Of a stretch of 64,000 bases of DNA, positions 18,648 to 29,141 are shown piece by piece. The translations under genes and the position numbers were made by a program. The stretch spans positions 7,403 through 71,402 of the forward strand of contig DAIF01000006.1 of the NCBI GenBank assembly GCA_002496015.1, in the 5' to 3' direction. This DNA is from Candidatus Pacearchaeota archaeon UBA73. Its GTDB lineage: Archaea; Nanobdellota; Nanobdellia; Pacearchaeales; GW2011-AR1. A model generated the notes under the pieces. That model did no database searches. It had not been told where the DNA came from and worked only from the letters and a program-made list of their open reading frames with translations. The stretch's first letter is position 1, and each line of letters begins with the position of its first letter.

Positions 18648-19879
18648 GAGTATTTTCCTCGGATTAATTTTATGACTGCGACCAGCGTGATAATCGGATA
18701 GATTGTCAGATAAACTAATTGAAAGAACAGGATATTAAAAGTATTCGCTTTTTTGAACTCATTGTCTTTTACACTTAAAAGTGAAAAAAGAGTGAAGCCG
18801 ATGCCTAAGAAGAACAGAGCTGCTCCGAAGAAGTTGAGTATTGATGGCACGAATGTCAGCTCTTCAAGGCGGAGGATCGTGGCCTGAGCGGCTATCGAAT
18901 ACTGTGTTGAGAGATAACTTACGATGAGATTTCGCGCCATGAGGTAGACGAAGAGGCATAAGCCGAAAAGTCCGAGGAACAGCGAGACTGTGAAGAAAGG
19001 GATTATGAAGAAACCGAACATTCCGCCTTTTGTTGTGTCCTTTAAGTATTTGATGTTCGTTTGTGTTCCGCCGATGGACCAGCGAATTCTTTGTCGCCAC
19101 CATTGCCTGAATTTGGGCGGGGATTCGGAGTGGACTTGGGTGGCGAGACACATGCGCGCGCGATATCCGTGGGCGCGGAGACGCCAGACAATCTCAATGT
19201 CTTGAGTGAGATTTTTTGTGTCAAAATAACCTACTTCGACTATTGCTTTTTTTCTATATAACGCGAATGGTCCCGGGGTGACGTAGACTGCGTCGATGAG
19301 GTCTAGGAGTTTTCTTGTGAATGCAATTATTTTATATTCTATGGCTTGGATTGTTTGGAACCATTTTTTAGGATTCTTTACCAGGACTGAGCAGGTAACG
19401 GCTGCGGTTTTTGGGTCTTGTTGGATAAAGCCAATCATCTTTTTCAGCGCGTCTTTCTGCGGGAACGAGTCTGCGTCGGTAACTGCGATGTAGTCAAACT
19501 TTGCCGCTTTGATGCCGATGTTTGTCGGCTCGGCTGCTCCGCCGGAATTACGGGAATTGACGATGACTTTTACATTCTTGTATTTTTTCTCGTATTGTTT
19601 TGCTACTTCTACTGAATTGTCTTTTGATTTGTCGTCTACGACAATTATCTCTAACATTTCTTTTGGGTAATCTAATTCTAACAAGGATTGGATTGTGCGG
19701 CCTATAGTTTTGCCTTCATTATAACACGGGACGATGATACTGACTGGCTCTGGTTTGAATGGGGGATAAGAGAAAAGCTTTTTGCGGTTTGGCAGATAGA
19801 TAAGTATCATCAGGACTGACATGTAAAGTCCGATGAACATATAAACTAAGAATATTACATCAATTGTTGTTAGGTTCAT
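18641..19879 (-). CDS. processive-type GT2 glycosyltransferase (IcaA/PgaC-like)
   Basis: PCYNE, DDKSKD, DADS, TQD and QRIRW motifs; N- and C-terminal TMs. Confidence 0.92.
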   Translation of the reverse strand: MNLTTIDVIFLVYMFIGLYMSVLMILIYLPNRKKLFSYPPFKPEPVSIIVPCYNEGKTIGRTIQSLLELDYPKEMLEIIVVDDKSKDNSVEVAKQYEKKYKNVKVIVNSRNSGGAAEPTNIGIKAAKFDYIAVTDADSFPQKDALKKMIGFIQQDPKTAAVTCSVLVKNPKKWFQTIQAIEYKIIAFTRKLLDLIDAVYVTPGPFALYRKKAIVEVGYFDTKNLTQDIEIVWRLRAHGYRARMCLATQVHSESPPKFRQWWRQRIRWSIGGTQTNIKYLKDTTKGGMFGFFIIPFFTVSLFLGLFGLCLFVYLMARNLIVSYLSTQYSIAAQATILRLEELTFVPSILNFFGAALFFLGIGFTLFSLLSVKDNEFKKANTFNILFFQLVYLTIYPIITLVAVIKLIRGKYSW

Positions 19880-20408
19880 TTTCTTCTATGGTGGCGAGCG
19901 GGTCGCCTTTGTTGAGGTGGAAGTATTCGTAGAATTTTTCTGTGAGTGACAGCTCGGATGTGTGCCCCATTTTTTTCTTGTTGACAAGGCCTAGTTCGAC
20001 GAAGCGTTTAATATGGTCGTAAGCTTTGTTTCCGCGTATTTTTATTACCACTGATTGTTTCATCGGCTGTTTGTAGGCAATCATTGCGAGGGTTTCCTGT
20101 TCGGCTTTTGTGAATTCGCTTGCGCCGGTTGCGAGTTTGTTTACCATCTCGACAAAGTCCTCGGCGATGTCCATCTTCCAGGTGTTTTCCTGACGGAGGA
20201 TAGTTATTCCGGCATCTTTGTACTTGAATTCCAGATCGGCTAGCAGTTTCTTTAATAGGATCGGGTTTATGTCTGTGATGGCAATGAGTTCCTGAAGAGT
20301 CATGAACCTGCCGGAGAGGAAAAGCGCGGCTTCTATTTTTCTGAGGTTTTGGGTTTCAATTTCGCTGTCCAGTTCTTCAACGTTTCTTTCTGTGAGATGG
20401 GAGTCCAT
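19860..20408 (-). CDS. scpB: SMC-Scp complex subunit ScpB
   Basis: IEAALF, ETLAMIAYKQP, IRG and TEKFYEYF motifs. Confidence 0.93.
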   Translation of the reverse strand: MDSHLTERNVEELDSEIETQNLRKIEAALFLSGRFMTLQELIAITDINPILLKKLLADLEFKYKDAGITILRQENTWKMDIAEDFVEMVNKLATGASEFTKAEQETLAMIAYKQPMKQSVVIKIRGNKAYDHIKRFVELGLVNKKKMGHTSELSLTEKFYEYFHLNKGDPLATIEENEPNNN

Positions 20409-20616
20409 TGATTTATCTGGGAAGGCAGGGTTTTAAGTTTTGTTGTAGGATAATTATGTTGGGGATTGGTATAACTTTTTATGGCGGTTACCAGACTGCA
20501 GCCATGAAATTGGGTGAGAGTGAATCATAAATTGTTAGATTGTATTCTTTTGTTAATTAAATCATCTTTTTTAACTCACTCGATGACTTTGAATTTTTGG
20601 GAAACTGCTAGGGTAA

Positions 20617-21201
20617 TTATCTTAATAATCCAATCAAAATTCCTTCGATGATTGCGGCGAGAATCAGGAGGGGAATGATTATCATAAGGAAGACGTTTAT
20701 GGAGTTGTAGAATCTTCTTTTGAATTCTTTCCATCGGCGTTTTTGGGGAATGAACCAGGACAAGCCGAGTTTTATGCCCAAGCCAAATGAGACGAAAATT
20801 GCCGGGAGCTCGAAGATGCCATGGGGCAGGAGGCGCCACCATTCGGTTATGCCTGATATTTCGGTGACTTTTGAGAGGACGTAGCCGAGGACGATGCCAT
20901 TTGTCAGCCCGCTGATAATTGGGAAAATGCCGAGAAATATTCCGCCGATGATTGTCAGGAAGGAACTTTGAAGATTGTTTTGTAGGATAAAGAACACCAT
21001 CTCTGGAGTGTTAAGCCCGGCTGTTTTGTTGAGTAGGTCTTTAAGGATTTCGTTTATCATGGCAGAGAATTCGTTCTGGAAGAGAAAACCGATGAGCGCG
21101 CCAAAGATGAATATAAAGATTGAGACGATGATGTAGTATCTTGATTCGTTTACGTAAGAGGTTGCTTCTTTGAATTGAGTTTTTATTTTTAGAGATTTCA
21201 T
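20617..21201 (-). CDS. SpoIIM-like (DUF95) membrane protein
   Basis: NNL, NG, LLPHGIFELPA and AAIIE motifs. Confidence 0.88.
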   Translation of the reverse strand: MKSLKIKTQFKEATSYVNESRYYIIVSIFIFIFGALIGFLFQNEFSAMINEILKDLLNKTAGLNTPEMVFFILQNNLQSSFLTIIGGIFLGIFPIISGLTNGIVLGYVLSKVTEISGITEWWRLLPHGIFELPAIFVSFGLGIKLGLSWFIPQKRRWKEFKRRFYNSINVFLMIIIPLLILAAIIEGILIGLLR

Positions 21202-21409
21202 CTTCTTATCTGGAGAGGGATGTATAAAAGGATTTGGGATTAGTTCTATTAAAGATTAACTCTCGTCTCGCCACTCTAGACAATTCGCCCAAGCTAAATA
21301 ACTCACGGACTTTGCCCGCTTTTTTCGTAACCTGTTGTCGGCGAAGTTATTCTGTTACTATTTGAAAATTAACATAAACTTATATAAATAAATTTTTAAA
21401 TTTTAAGTT

Positions 21410-22102
21410 ATGTTTTTCGGAAAAAAAGAGGAGAAGGCTCAATTGCCTGATTTACCGCCGTTGCCTCCCTCAGACCAAAAGTCTTTGCCGCAAGCGATGC
21501 CAGTTTTTCCAGAGTCACCTGAGAAGAGGCGGGCTTATGAAGGAATGAGTGGTTCGGTCCAACCGGTTGGGAGGAATGAATTGTATTTGAATAGTCCGCA
21601 GCCGATGGCTGAAAAGAAGGTTAAGGTCGTTGAGATGCAGGAGTGGCAGCCGCAGAACCCACAGTACAACCTGCCGACATTGTCATCCAAGGAACGTTCA
21701 GAGTTGGAAGAAGATTATGAAGAAGAAATACCTGAGCTTCCGCGTATGCCACAGATTTCTGAGCCTGAAGAAATTGAGGAAGAGATATCGCCTCCGAAGC
21801 CAAGAGAGCTTTCCAACTTACCTTCTTCTAAAGGAAGATATGTTCATCGGAAGGCGTCTTTGAAGATTACTCAACCTCAACAGACGGCGGATGTTTTTGT
21901 AAGGATTGATAAATTCCATGCGGCTAGGAAGTCTCTGAGTGAGATAAAGAATAGACTTAATGACATGGACGAGCTTGTCCGACGGATTAGAGATACAAAG
22001 CTGAAAGAGGAGCAGGAGCTTGCGGGTTGGGAGAAGGAGTTGTTACAGATAAAAACTCGCGTGCAGACTGTCGCAGAGAATATTTTTGAGAAGGTGGAAT
22101 AA
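21410..22102 (+). CDS. hypothetical Pro/Glu-rich protein with C-terminal coiled coil
   Basis: 230-aa ORF; LPDLPPLP...VFVRIDKF; TATA-like element upstream. Confidence 0.75.
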   Translation: MFFGKKEEKAQLPDLPPLPPSDQKSLPQAMPVFPESPEKRRAYEGMSGSVQPVGRNELYLNSPQPMAEKKVKVVEMQEWQPQNPQYNLPTLSSKERSELEEDYEEEIPELPRMPQISEPEEIEEEISPPKPRELSNLPSSKGRYVHRKASLKITQPQQTADVFVRIDKFHAARKSLSEIKNRLNDMDELVRRIRDTKLKEEQELAGWEKELLQIKTRVQTVAENIFEKVE

Positions 22103-22103
22103 A

Positions 22104-22445
22104 ATGGTAGGGTCTGAATATGTGCTGCTCTCTCCGCCGGAGAAGAACTTTGGACATAAAAATCTTTTAGGGGCGCAGCTTCAGCTTTTGAGATTGACAC
22201 AAAGTTTTCATAAGTTTAGAGTCTTAAGAGATGAAGAGCTCATTTTGAAGATAACTTTGAAGAATTATATCGAGGAGACGCATCGGGAAATTCAACGGCT
22301 CGAGAGATTTTTGCCGAAAGCAACTTACAAAGAGGAGAAAGAAGAAGATGGCGAAGACAAGGAAGACAAGGCTAAGAAATTGTCGTTAGAAGAAGAGATC
22401 GCGAAAGTGCGGGCGAAGTTAAGCAAGCTGCAAGAGAGCATGTAA
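22104..22445 (+). CDS. hypothetical coiled-coil protein
   Basis: ATG 1 nt after the upstream stop; helical C-terminus. Confidence 0.7.
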   Translation: MVGSEYVLLSPPEKNFGHKNLLGAQLQLLRLTQSFHKFRVLRDEELILKITLKNYIEETHREIQRLERFLPKATYKEEKEEDGEDKEDKAKKLSLEEEIAKVRAKLSKLQESM

Positions 22446-22570
22446 TTTATTGCAATAACTTTTATACATCTTTTGATAGTTGATTTGATTGGCAAGCATG
22501 TTGTTGTGACTGTGGGAGCAATGACGCGGGAGGAAACTGTGCGTAGATTGTTTTTAGTCATAATAATAGA

Positions 22571-22689
22571 TGTCTTGTCTGGAGTTTGTTGATTTTGTTT
22601 AAGTTGTGTCGGTGATGAGCAACTTTTAAAATATCTGCGCGCGTGGCTGCGAGCAGGGTGCAGACATCTCGAAAAATTCTAACAGAGCA
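22571..22689 (-). repeat. degenerate reverse-oriented element with hybrid ends
   Basis: Reverse complement of 22661-22689 (TGCTCTGTTAGAATTTTTCGAGATGTCTG) resembles the subfamily I left end; 22575-22596 matches the reverse complement of 59648-59669. Confidence 0.55.
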
Positions 22690-22733
22690 GGCTACACCGT
22701 CAAAAATAAATAGTCTCCTCTCTTAAATAAAAA

Positions 22734-23825
22734 ATGTCCCCAATAAAAGTAGCGATAACTGGCATTGGCAACTGCGCCTCATCTTTAATTCAGGGTATTC
22801 ATTACTACAAAGGCTCTTCTCTCGAGTCGATTGGACTAATGCACCACAATCTCGCAGGTTATCTTCCAGAAGATATCAAAATCGTTGCTGCCTTCGATAT
22901 CGATAAAAGAAAAGTCGGTAAAGATCTTTCCCAAGCAATTTTTGCTCCTCCAAACTGCACAAAAATCTTCCAAAAAGAAATTCCGCATTTAGGTGTAACA
23001 GTAAAGATGGGCAAAATTCTGGACTCTTTCTCGGAACACCTGGAAGAATTTCCCCACGAAGAACGCTTCTTGCCTTCATTTATTCCAGAACCAACAAAAC
23101 AAGAAATAATTGAAGAACTAAAAAATTCTCAGACAGAAATCCTGATAAACTACCTTCCCGTTGGCAGCGAAGAAGCTGTAAAATTTTACGCCGAATGCGC
23201 GCTTGAAGCAAACTGCGCTTTCATAAACTGCATGCCTGTTTTCATCGCTTCAAATCCTGAATGGGCTACCCGCTTTGAACAAAAAAATCTCCCGATTATT
23301 GGAGATGACATTAAATCGCAGCTTGGCGCAACCATAGTTCACCGTGTTCTTTCTAACTTATTCAAAAAACGCGGCATCAAACTCGAAAGAACCTATCAAC
23401 TAAACACTGGCGGCAACACCGACTTCCTTAATATGCTAAACCGTTCAAGATTAAAATCAAAAAAAATCTCAAAAACAGAAGCAGTCAAATCCGTCTCAGC
23501 CCCGATAGAAAACAGAAACATTCACGTCGGTCCTTCCGACTACGTCCCTTGGCAGAAAGACAATAAAATCTGCTATATCAGAATGGAAGGCAAACAATTT
23601 GGCGACATTCCAATGGAACTCGATCTGAAACTTTCGGTAGAAGACTCGCCAAATTCTGCCGGAATTGTCATCGATGCAATTCGTTGCTGTAAACTCGCTC
23701 TCGATCGCAGCCAGGGAGGCATCCTCCACGCCCCTTCCGCTTACTTCATGAAACATCCACCAAAGCAAATTCCTGACGACATCGCACACGACATGGTTGA
23801 AAAATTCATTCACTCGGAAGTTTAG
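22734..23825 (+). CDS. ino1: myo-inositol-1-phosphate synthase
   Basis: GIGNCASS, NYLPVGS, GDDIKSQ, LNTGGNTDF and DSPNSAG motifs. Confidence 0.95.
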   Translation: MSPIKVAITGIGNCASSLIQGIHYYKGSSLESIGLMHHNLAGYLPEDIKIVAAFDIDKRKVGKDLSQAIFAPPNCTKIFQKEIPHLGVTVKMGKILDSFSEHLEEFPHEERFLPSFIPEPTKQEIIEELKNSQTEILINYLPVGSEEAVKFYAECALEANCAFINCMPVFIASNPEWATRFEQKNLPIIGDDIKSQLGATIVHRVLSNLFKKRGIKLERTYQLNTGGNTDFLNMLNRSRLKSKKISKTEAVKSVSAPIENRNIHVGPSDYVPWQKDNKICYIRMEGKQFGDIPMELDLKLSVEDSPNSAGIVIDAIRCCKLALDRSQGGILHAPSAYFMKHPPKQIPDDIAHDMVEKFIHSEV

Positions 23826-23941
23826 GGTTTGTCCAAGGACTTAGAGACGAGCGCACTTCGCCCTAACACTAGGCAAAATCAATAAATTCCAGACAGAACA
23901 AAAACAGAAAGTTTTTTAATCCCCTTTTTTCAAAAGAATGT

Positions 23942-24691
23942 ATGCAGGAGAGACTTCTTAAAAAAATCATAACTGAATTCGCAGGAATCGAAGCTGAAAA
24001 GCTAGTTGACCTTCTCTACAAGAAACAGAATGTCAACGAGTTCCTCATCGCGAAAAAAATGAACCTTACCATAAATCAGACACGAAACATGCTCTACAAA
24101 CTCGCCGATTCCGGTCTTGTCCAATTTATCCGGAAAAAGGATAAGAAGAAAGGCGGATGGTATACTTACTTCTGGACCCTAAAAGTTAAGAGAGTCCTCC
24201 AGAAATACAAAGAGAAGCTCGAAGAAGAATCAAAGAAACTTGAAGAACAAGTTAACAAAAGACAGAACGAAAGATTCTATTACAGTCCGCTTGCAGATTT
24301 GGAATACACTGAAGAGGAAGCGATACTCAACGATTACATCTGCCCAGAGACCGGCGAGGTCCTACAACTCAAAGACAACACTCCCGAAATCGAGAAGATG
24401 AAAAATGGGATAAAAGACATTCAGAAACAGATAGTACTTATCGATGAAGATATTCTGGAAATAGAAAAGAAAGAGGAAAAGGTGAAAGAGAAAAGACTAC
24501 AGGAAGAAAAAAAGCAAAAGGATGAGGAGAGGCAAAAAAGAAAGGTGGAAAGGGAAAAACTCAAAGCAAAAGAATCAAAAAAGAAAGAACCAAAAAGAGA
24601 AGCAAAGAAAAAAACGCCTGCTAAAAAAGTTGCGGGAAAGAAATCCTCGTTTGTACAAAAGACGATAAAAAAATTCTCTAAGAAAAAATGA
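23942..24691 (+). CDS. tfe: transcription factor E (TFE alpha) with Lys-rich tail
   Basis: wHTH NEFLIA...INQTRNMLYKL, GWYTYFW; degenerate Zn ribbon. Confidence 0.88.
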   Translation: MQERLLKKIITEFAGIEAEKLVDLLYKKQNVNEFLIAKKMNLTINQTRNMLYKLADSGLVQFIRKKDKKKGGWYTYFWTLKVKRVLQKYKEKLEEESKKLEEQVNKRQNERFYYSPLADLEYTEEEAILNDYICPETGEVLQLKDNTPEIEKMKNGIKDIQKQIVLIDEDILEIEKKEEKVKEKRLQEEKKQKDEERQKRKVEREKLKAKESKKKEPKREAKKKTPAKKVAGKKSSFVQKTIKKFSKKK

Positions 24692-25392
24692 ACCGCGCAA
24701 GATTCCAAAAAAAGAAGAAAGGTCTTCTTTCGGTACTGAATTCCTTCTCAACAATAGCATGGCTAATCGCAATAACTATTTTGACATCCATCATCGGTCT
24801 TGTGATATTTTGGTTCTTTCCAGAGTATGCAGACTACATAGCCCTAAAACCATCAAATATTATGCAAGGAAAATATCTTTGGACAATCATTACACATATG
24901 TTCGTCCACGGTGGCATTGGTCACTTACTAATAAATATGTTCGTCCTCTTTTCACTTGGCAGTTTGTGCGAGAGAATAATTGGTAGAAAAAGATTCATTT
25001 GGTTCTATTTGCTTTCAGGAATTTTCGCGGGGCTGCTCTCGGTATTCCTTGCCGCTCAGTTTGGCGATACTGCATTGGGATCGAGGATTTTTGGCTCCCC
25101 GGACATTTCAATGGTCGGGGCTTCAGGTGCGATTTTTGCCATCGCTGGACTTTACGTAATGCTCCTCCCGCGATTAAAATTTATGATAATCTTCTTGCCA
25201 TTCTTCTCTCTGCCCGCCTACGTGATGGTGCCTCTAGTCCTTTTCGTCGTCTGGATAATCTCGGTAATCGGTGACTGGCCGATCGGCAATGTCGCTCACT
25301 TCGGCGGCTTCCTCGCAGGCATCATCTATGGTTTCTACCTTCGGACAAAATACAGTAGAAAAGTCGCAAAACTCCAAGGGATGTTCAGATAA
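24688..25392 (+). CDS. rhomboid intramembrane serine protease
   Basis: HMFVHGGIGHLLINM, GASGA and AHFGG motifs. Confidence 0.93.
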   Translation: MNRARFQKKKKGLLSVLNSFSTIAWLIAITILTSIIGLVIFWFFPEYADYIALKPSNIMQGKYLWTIITHMFVHGGIGHLLINMFVLFSLGSLCERIIGRKRFIWFYLLSGIFAGLLSVFLAAQFGDTALGSRIFGSPDISMVGASGAIFAIAGLYVMLLPRLKFMIIFLPFFSLPAYVMVPLVLFVVWIISVIGDWPIGNVAHFGGFLAGIIYGFYLRTKYSRKVAKLQGMFR

Positions 25393-25563
25393 TTTTCTTT
25401 GTGATTACAGCGCTTTTATATCTTCGAATTGTGTAGCAGGAAAATGGGATGTTTGGGAAAGGGTCAGATAATCTTTGGCAGCGAGGTAACAGGAGAGAAG
25501 ATTATTGTGAACACTGACTCGGGAAAATATGGTTTGCCAACAAATCCAATTCCAGACAGAATA

Positions 25564-27771
25564 TTACCCGCCCAATCCCCCGAGCGCAACACCTGCCAGA
25601 ACAGAGAGCACTGCGGTTGCCGCAAATGCGGTCAAAATATACAGGACAATTCCTATTCTCAAATTCCTTGCTAATTCATTTTTTTCTCTAAGGTTATCTC
25701 TCCCTGAATCTACAGTTACTAACGCGCCGGTCAAAATAAAGATTATCTCGATTATGTAAAGCCCGATGCTTAACTGGATATAATATGGCGGAATCATGTT
25801 TGGCAGACTGAATATTTCAAACAACCCTGCGAATCCTGTAGCTCCGAGGACATCACCACCAGTGTCTATCTGTAAGGTGTCAAGTTTGTTCAGGATGGCT
25901 GTGATCATAGCTGCAAGCCCTACAACGATTCCTGCCAAAAGAGGCGCCAGGAATGTCATGTTCGATTTCATATCGGATACTATTTCAGCAAGCAGGTCTC
26001 TTAGTCTTTCGTTTATCTTCTCAATGTTCTTGACATATTGTGAAATAGACATCAGAGATTGCGCTGCGATTTTCAAACCCTTCTTGGATGATTCTACTAA
26101 AATCCTTATTGAAGTCGCGATTAAAGCCGAAGGAAAGTAAATTATTGCGCCGCGCCTCGAATCAAAAACTGCCCCCTCAACACTCATCCCTCCCTGCTGA
26201 ATGTTCTGGCTCACATGCGAGAAGAACTCCGCGCTCTTCTGCCCTTGTGTCGAAGCCGCGACTCTCCCGAACGCAAGCTCTGCCGGCATCCCATCTCCTA
26301 GCCTATTTCCTAATTGAAACAGCGAATTCGCAAACTCCTTTTCTAATTGCTTCGTGCTATTTCTCGCTACAATAAGTTTCTTTGTCTTTTCTGAATACAC
26401 AAAATAAAACATCACTGCTAAACCTAGAGGAATAAACATACTTAGCAGTACCGCAAGCGTTCCAAACGGTCCCGTAGTTCTCCCTTCCTCAGTCTTAAAG
26501 TCAAATACTTTATCGTTCTCTCCCAAAAACCCAAGACTTAATTGAGCAAAGGTATAGTCGTTTTCAATTCCTAAAGAATTCGTTATGAAATCAATCTGCA
26601 AAATGAACGGCAGTGCGCCCAAAATGAAGAAAGGCAACGCGATAAGTATTCCCCAAATCCACGGCTTCTTTGAAGCATAGGTTCCATAATCTGGGTTCAG
26701 TTCAAGCGTGGACCCTTCACCGTAACCGCCAGGTCGCTTCAGCAAGACTTGCGACACCATATAAAACACGAAGAAAGGAATTATCACATTAAACAGCACA
26801 AATACGTGCGGCCAACGTATCATTCCCTGCAAAAGCGTCGAAGCCAGCGGCAGCATCGCAAGTCCCAGCGTCGGTAAAATAATTCCAAGCATATAAAGGT
26901 TAGTTAATGGTGATCGAATTTCTCGCGAATACTTCAGCATCTTCTCATAAACGCCGTCTAGGATAACTTCAAGCGCTCTCTCAAGGATTTCAATTCGTCG
27001 CGCCTCCGACGGTTCGACAAGACTGCTCTCGATCAGATGGAACGCCTCCACAAACTCCGGTGCGTAATCTCTCCAAATCAAAAGATAGTTCTCAAGCGAT
27101 TGTTTGACTGTGGAGAACTTGCCAATCTCGACGTCATAAAAAATCTTCTTAAAATCAAGAGCTAAGGGACCTTCGAGATGCTGGGAAGCGAATTGTATCG
27201 CTCTCTCAAGATTGGAAGTGTGTTTCATGTACACGACGACATAAAGTATCGCGGGCACCATCTGTGAAGACGCCTGCAGTTTCCATGTATTGGCTAACCT
27301 CTGAGGCAGAGTCGAAGTATAATAAAACACAAACAAGCTGGCGATCACTCCAAGAAAAAAGAGCAAGGCGACATCAGCAAAAGCCCTCGATGCCAAAAAA
27401 GCGTCTATGCTGGGAAAGCCAATCAGTACGTAGGCGACGATTAAAAGAAGCGTTCCAAAAAATACAAGAAACATCGACATCAGTGAGAGCGTCATCGCCT
27501 GTGACGGAGTCACATCAACGTGCGCTTCATCTAAATATCTCTGAAGTTTTATTCTGTCTTTCTCAGCGATTTTTATATTGACTATATTTCCTATTGACTG
27601 CGCCCATTTTTCATACGTACTGAGTTTAGGCTTCATGTCTCTCAAAAACTGTTCATACTCTCCGGAAACCCCTGCACTCCCCACAGACTTTTCTTCCATG
27701 TGAAGTTGCGACTCAAGCTTCTGGCTATATTTTTTCATAATGTCGCTCGCGGACGGTCTTTCAGATGCCAT
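25564..27771 (-). CDS. type IV pilus platform membrane protein (tandem TadC/T2SSF-like domains)
   Basis: 735 aa, multi-TM, two cytoplasmic T2SSF-like repeats (NLERAI...; LGDGMPAE...); divergent from the pilin array. Confidence 0.75.
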   Translation of the reverse strand: MASERPSASDIMKKYSQKLESQLHMEEKSVGSAGVSGEYEQFLRDMKPKLSTYEKWAQSIGNIVNIKIAEKDRIKLQRYLDEAHVDVTPSQAMTLSLMSMFLVFFGTLLLIVAYVLIGFPSIDAFLASRAFADVALLFFLGVIASLFVFYYTSTLPQRLANTWKLQASSQMVPAILYVVVYMKHTSNLERAIQFASQHLEGPLALDFKKIFYDVEIGKFSTVKQSLENYLLIWRDYAPEFVEAFHLIESSLVEPSEARRIEILERALEVILDGVYEKMLKYSREIRSPLTNLYMLGIILPTLGLAMLPLASTLLQGMIRWPHVFVLFNVIIPFFVFYMVSQVLLKRPGGYGEGSTLELNPDYGTYASKKPWIWGILIALPFFILGALPFILQIDFITNSLGIENDYTFAQLSLGFLGENDKVFDFKTEEGRTTGPFGTLAVLLSMFIPLGLAVMFYFVYSEKTKKLIVARNSTKQLEKEFANSLFQLGNRLGDGMPAELAFGRVAASTQGQKSAEFFSHVSQNIQQGGMSVEGAVFDSRRGAIIYFPSALIATSIRILVESSKKGLKIAAQSLMSISQYVKNIEKINERLRDLLAEIVSDMKSNMTFLAPLLAGIVVGLAAMITAILNKLDTLQIDTGGDVLGATGFAGLFEIFSLPNMIPPYYIQLSIGLYIIEIIFILTGALVTVDSGRDNLREKNELARNLRIGIVLYILTAFAATAVLSVLAGVALGGLGG

Positions 27772-27826
27772 CTCTTTTACCTACCGTCCAAAGACAAAAC
27801 TAAGTTATAAAGATTTACTTCGCAAT

Positions 27827-27855
27827 GGCTTTGTTAAAAAAGTCTAAAAAACGCG
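27827..27855 (-). repeat. solo MITE end (subfamily II right end, reversed)
   Basis: GGCTTTGTTAAAAAAGTCTAAAAAACGCG resembles the reverse complement of the 9325 copy right end. Confidence 0.45.
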
Positions 27856-27965
27856 TTGCGGGCAAAAATTTTGGCGTTACACGACATTGTTGAGGCCCAA
27901 ATCCTAAAATTCTGGTTTTAACATCTTTTCAAAAACTTTAATAACGTTCTTCACTAATTAAAAAT

Positions 27966-28127
27966 ATGAAAAACAAAAAGGGTGATATCGAGTCCAGCAT
28001 ATTTGTATACGTTGTTGTCGCAATCCTTGTTCTTATTGCAGTCATATTAATCATAACCTATTTTAACAAAAGCGGCACTTCAGCCATGGAATTTATCAAG
28101 AACATCTTCAAATTCGGGAGTGGCTAA
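27966..28127 (+). CDS. micro-pilin with class III signal peptide, 53 aa (absent from ORF track)
   Basis: MKNKKG/DIESSIFVYVVVAILVLIAVILII...; TAATG overlap with the next gene. Confidence 0.8.
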   Translation: MKNKKGDIESSIFVYVVVAILVLIAVILIITYFNKSGTSAMEFIKNIFKFGSG

Positions 28128-28957
28128 TGCAAAATAGAACTGCCCAAATACAAACAAAATTTATCGCATGGCTCATTGCAATATTTGTTCTCATAATTTT
28201 AGTTATCACCGTATTCCTCTATCTTCAGAATAGCGCAGTTCTCCCTACGTTCAATAACACAAAACCTTTGGTTGAAGAATTGGGGATTATTCGTTACGAC
28301 ATAACAACCAGAAATGTAGAATATTTTACCGGCGAAGCATTTGTTGCACTTAAACCAAACGAAGATGTATTATTCAATCGCATTATAATTAATGAAAACA
28401 CCATAAAGATTGACTTTGAGAACTTTTGGTACGTAAGCGACAGAGAACAAAAAGAAATTCTCCTAAATTTCACTACCACAATGAAGATAGCAGAATGGTA
28501 TCAGGACAACCAGAGAGAACAAGCTTGCCTTCCCTTCACACTAAATGCAGTCGTAGTCCCGTATTACGCTCAAATAAATTCACCAAAGGGCCATGAAGTA
28601 TTATTAATTTTATTTAGCGGCGGAGATCCTGAAAAAATAAAAAGACTAGGGCTTTTTACAGTCACTCTAGAAAACAACCTCTGGATGAATAAAGTAGATT
28701 TTGATGAGTACTGTAATACTAAGCCGGAGGACGTTTGGAAGGACCTCTACCCTGAAAAGGACATGGTAATCTATAACGCAATAGTGCCGGAAGTGGTAGC
28801 TTGGAGAGACGCGGTCCTAAAAAAACCGCTTGCGGTAAGGTATGTAGATAGAGAAACAAACCAACGGGAAACAGTTTTCTTCTGCGTCACAAAGATGGAC
28901 TCTAAGTATCTGGTGATTGATTTCAGTAAACCAAAACAAGAGCATGACGTATGTTAA
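28127..28957 (+). CDS. pilin-like protein
   Basis: MQNRTA/Q followed by a hydrophobic helix. Confidence 0.7.
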   Translation: MQNRTAQIQTKFIAWLIAIFVLIILVITVFLYLQNSAVLPTFNNTKPLVEELGIIRYDITTRNVEYFTGEAFVALKPNEDVLFNRIIINENTIKIDFENFWYVSDREQKEILLNFTTTMKIAEWYQDNQREQACLPFTLNAVVVPYYAQINSPKGHEVLLILFSGGDPEKIKRLGLFTVTLENNLWMNKVDFDEYCNTKPEDVWKDLYPEKDMVIYNAIVPEVVAWRDAVLKKPLAVRYVDRETNQRETVFFCVTKMDSKYLVIDFSKPKQEHDVC

Positions 28958-29076
28958 AAAATAATAAAGCCCAACTCGGAGAAAGCATCGTAAACTCTGC
29001 CCTTTGGTGGGCATTTATCGCAATACTGGTTGTCGTGCTCGGATTCATAATTTATTACCTGACGAAAATAACCTAA
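28951..29076 (+). CDS. micro-pilin with class III signal peptide, 41 aa (absent from ORF track)
   Basis: MLKNNKA/QLGESIVNSALWWAFIAILVVVLGFIIYYLTKIT. Confidence 0.72.
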   Translation: MLKNNKAQLGESIVNSALWWAFIAILVVVLGFIIYYLTKIT

Positions 29077-29141
29077 TTTAACGTATGCCTAATTCCAGAC
29101 AGAGCCATAACTCTTATAAATTAGCCAAGATATATAATAAA

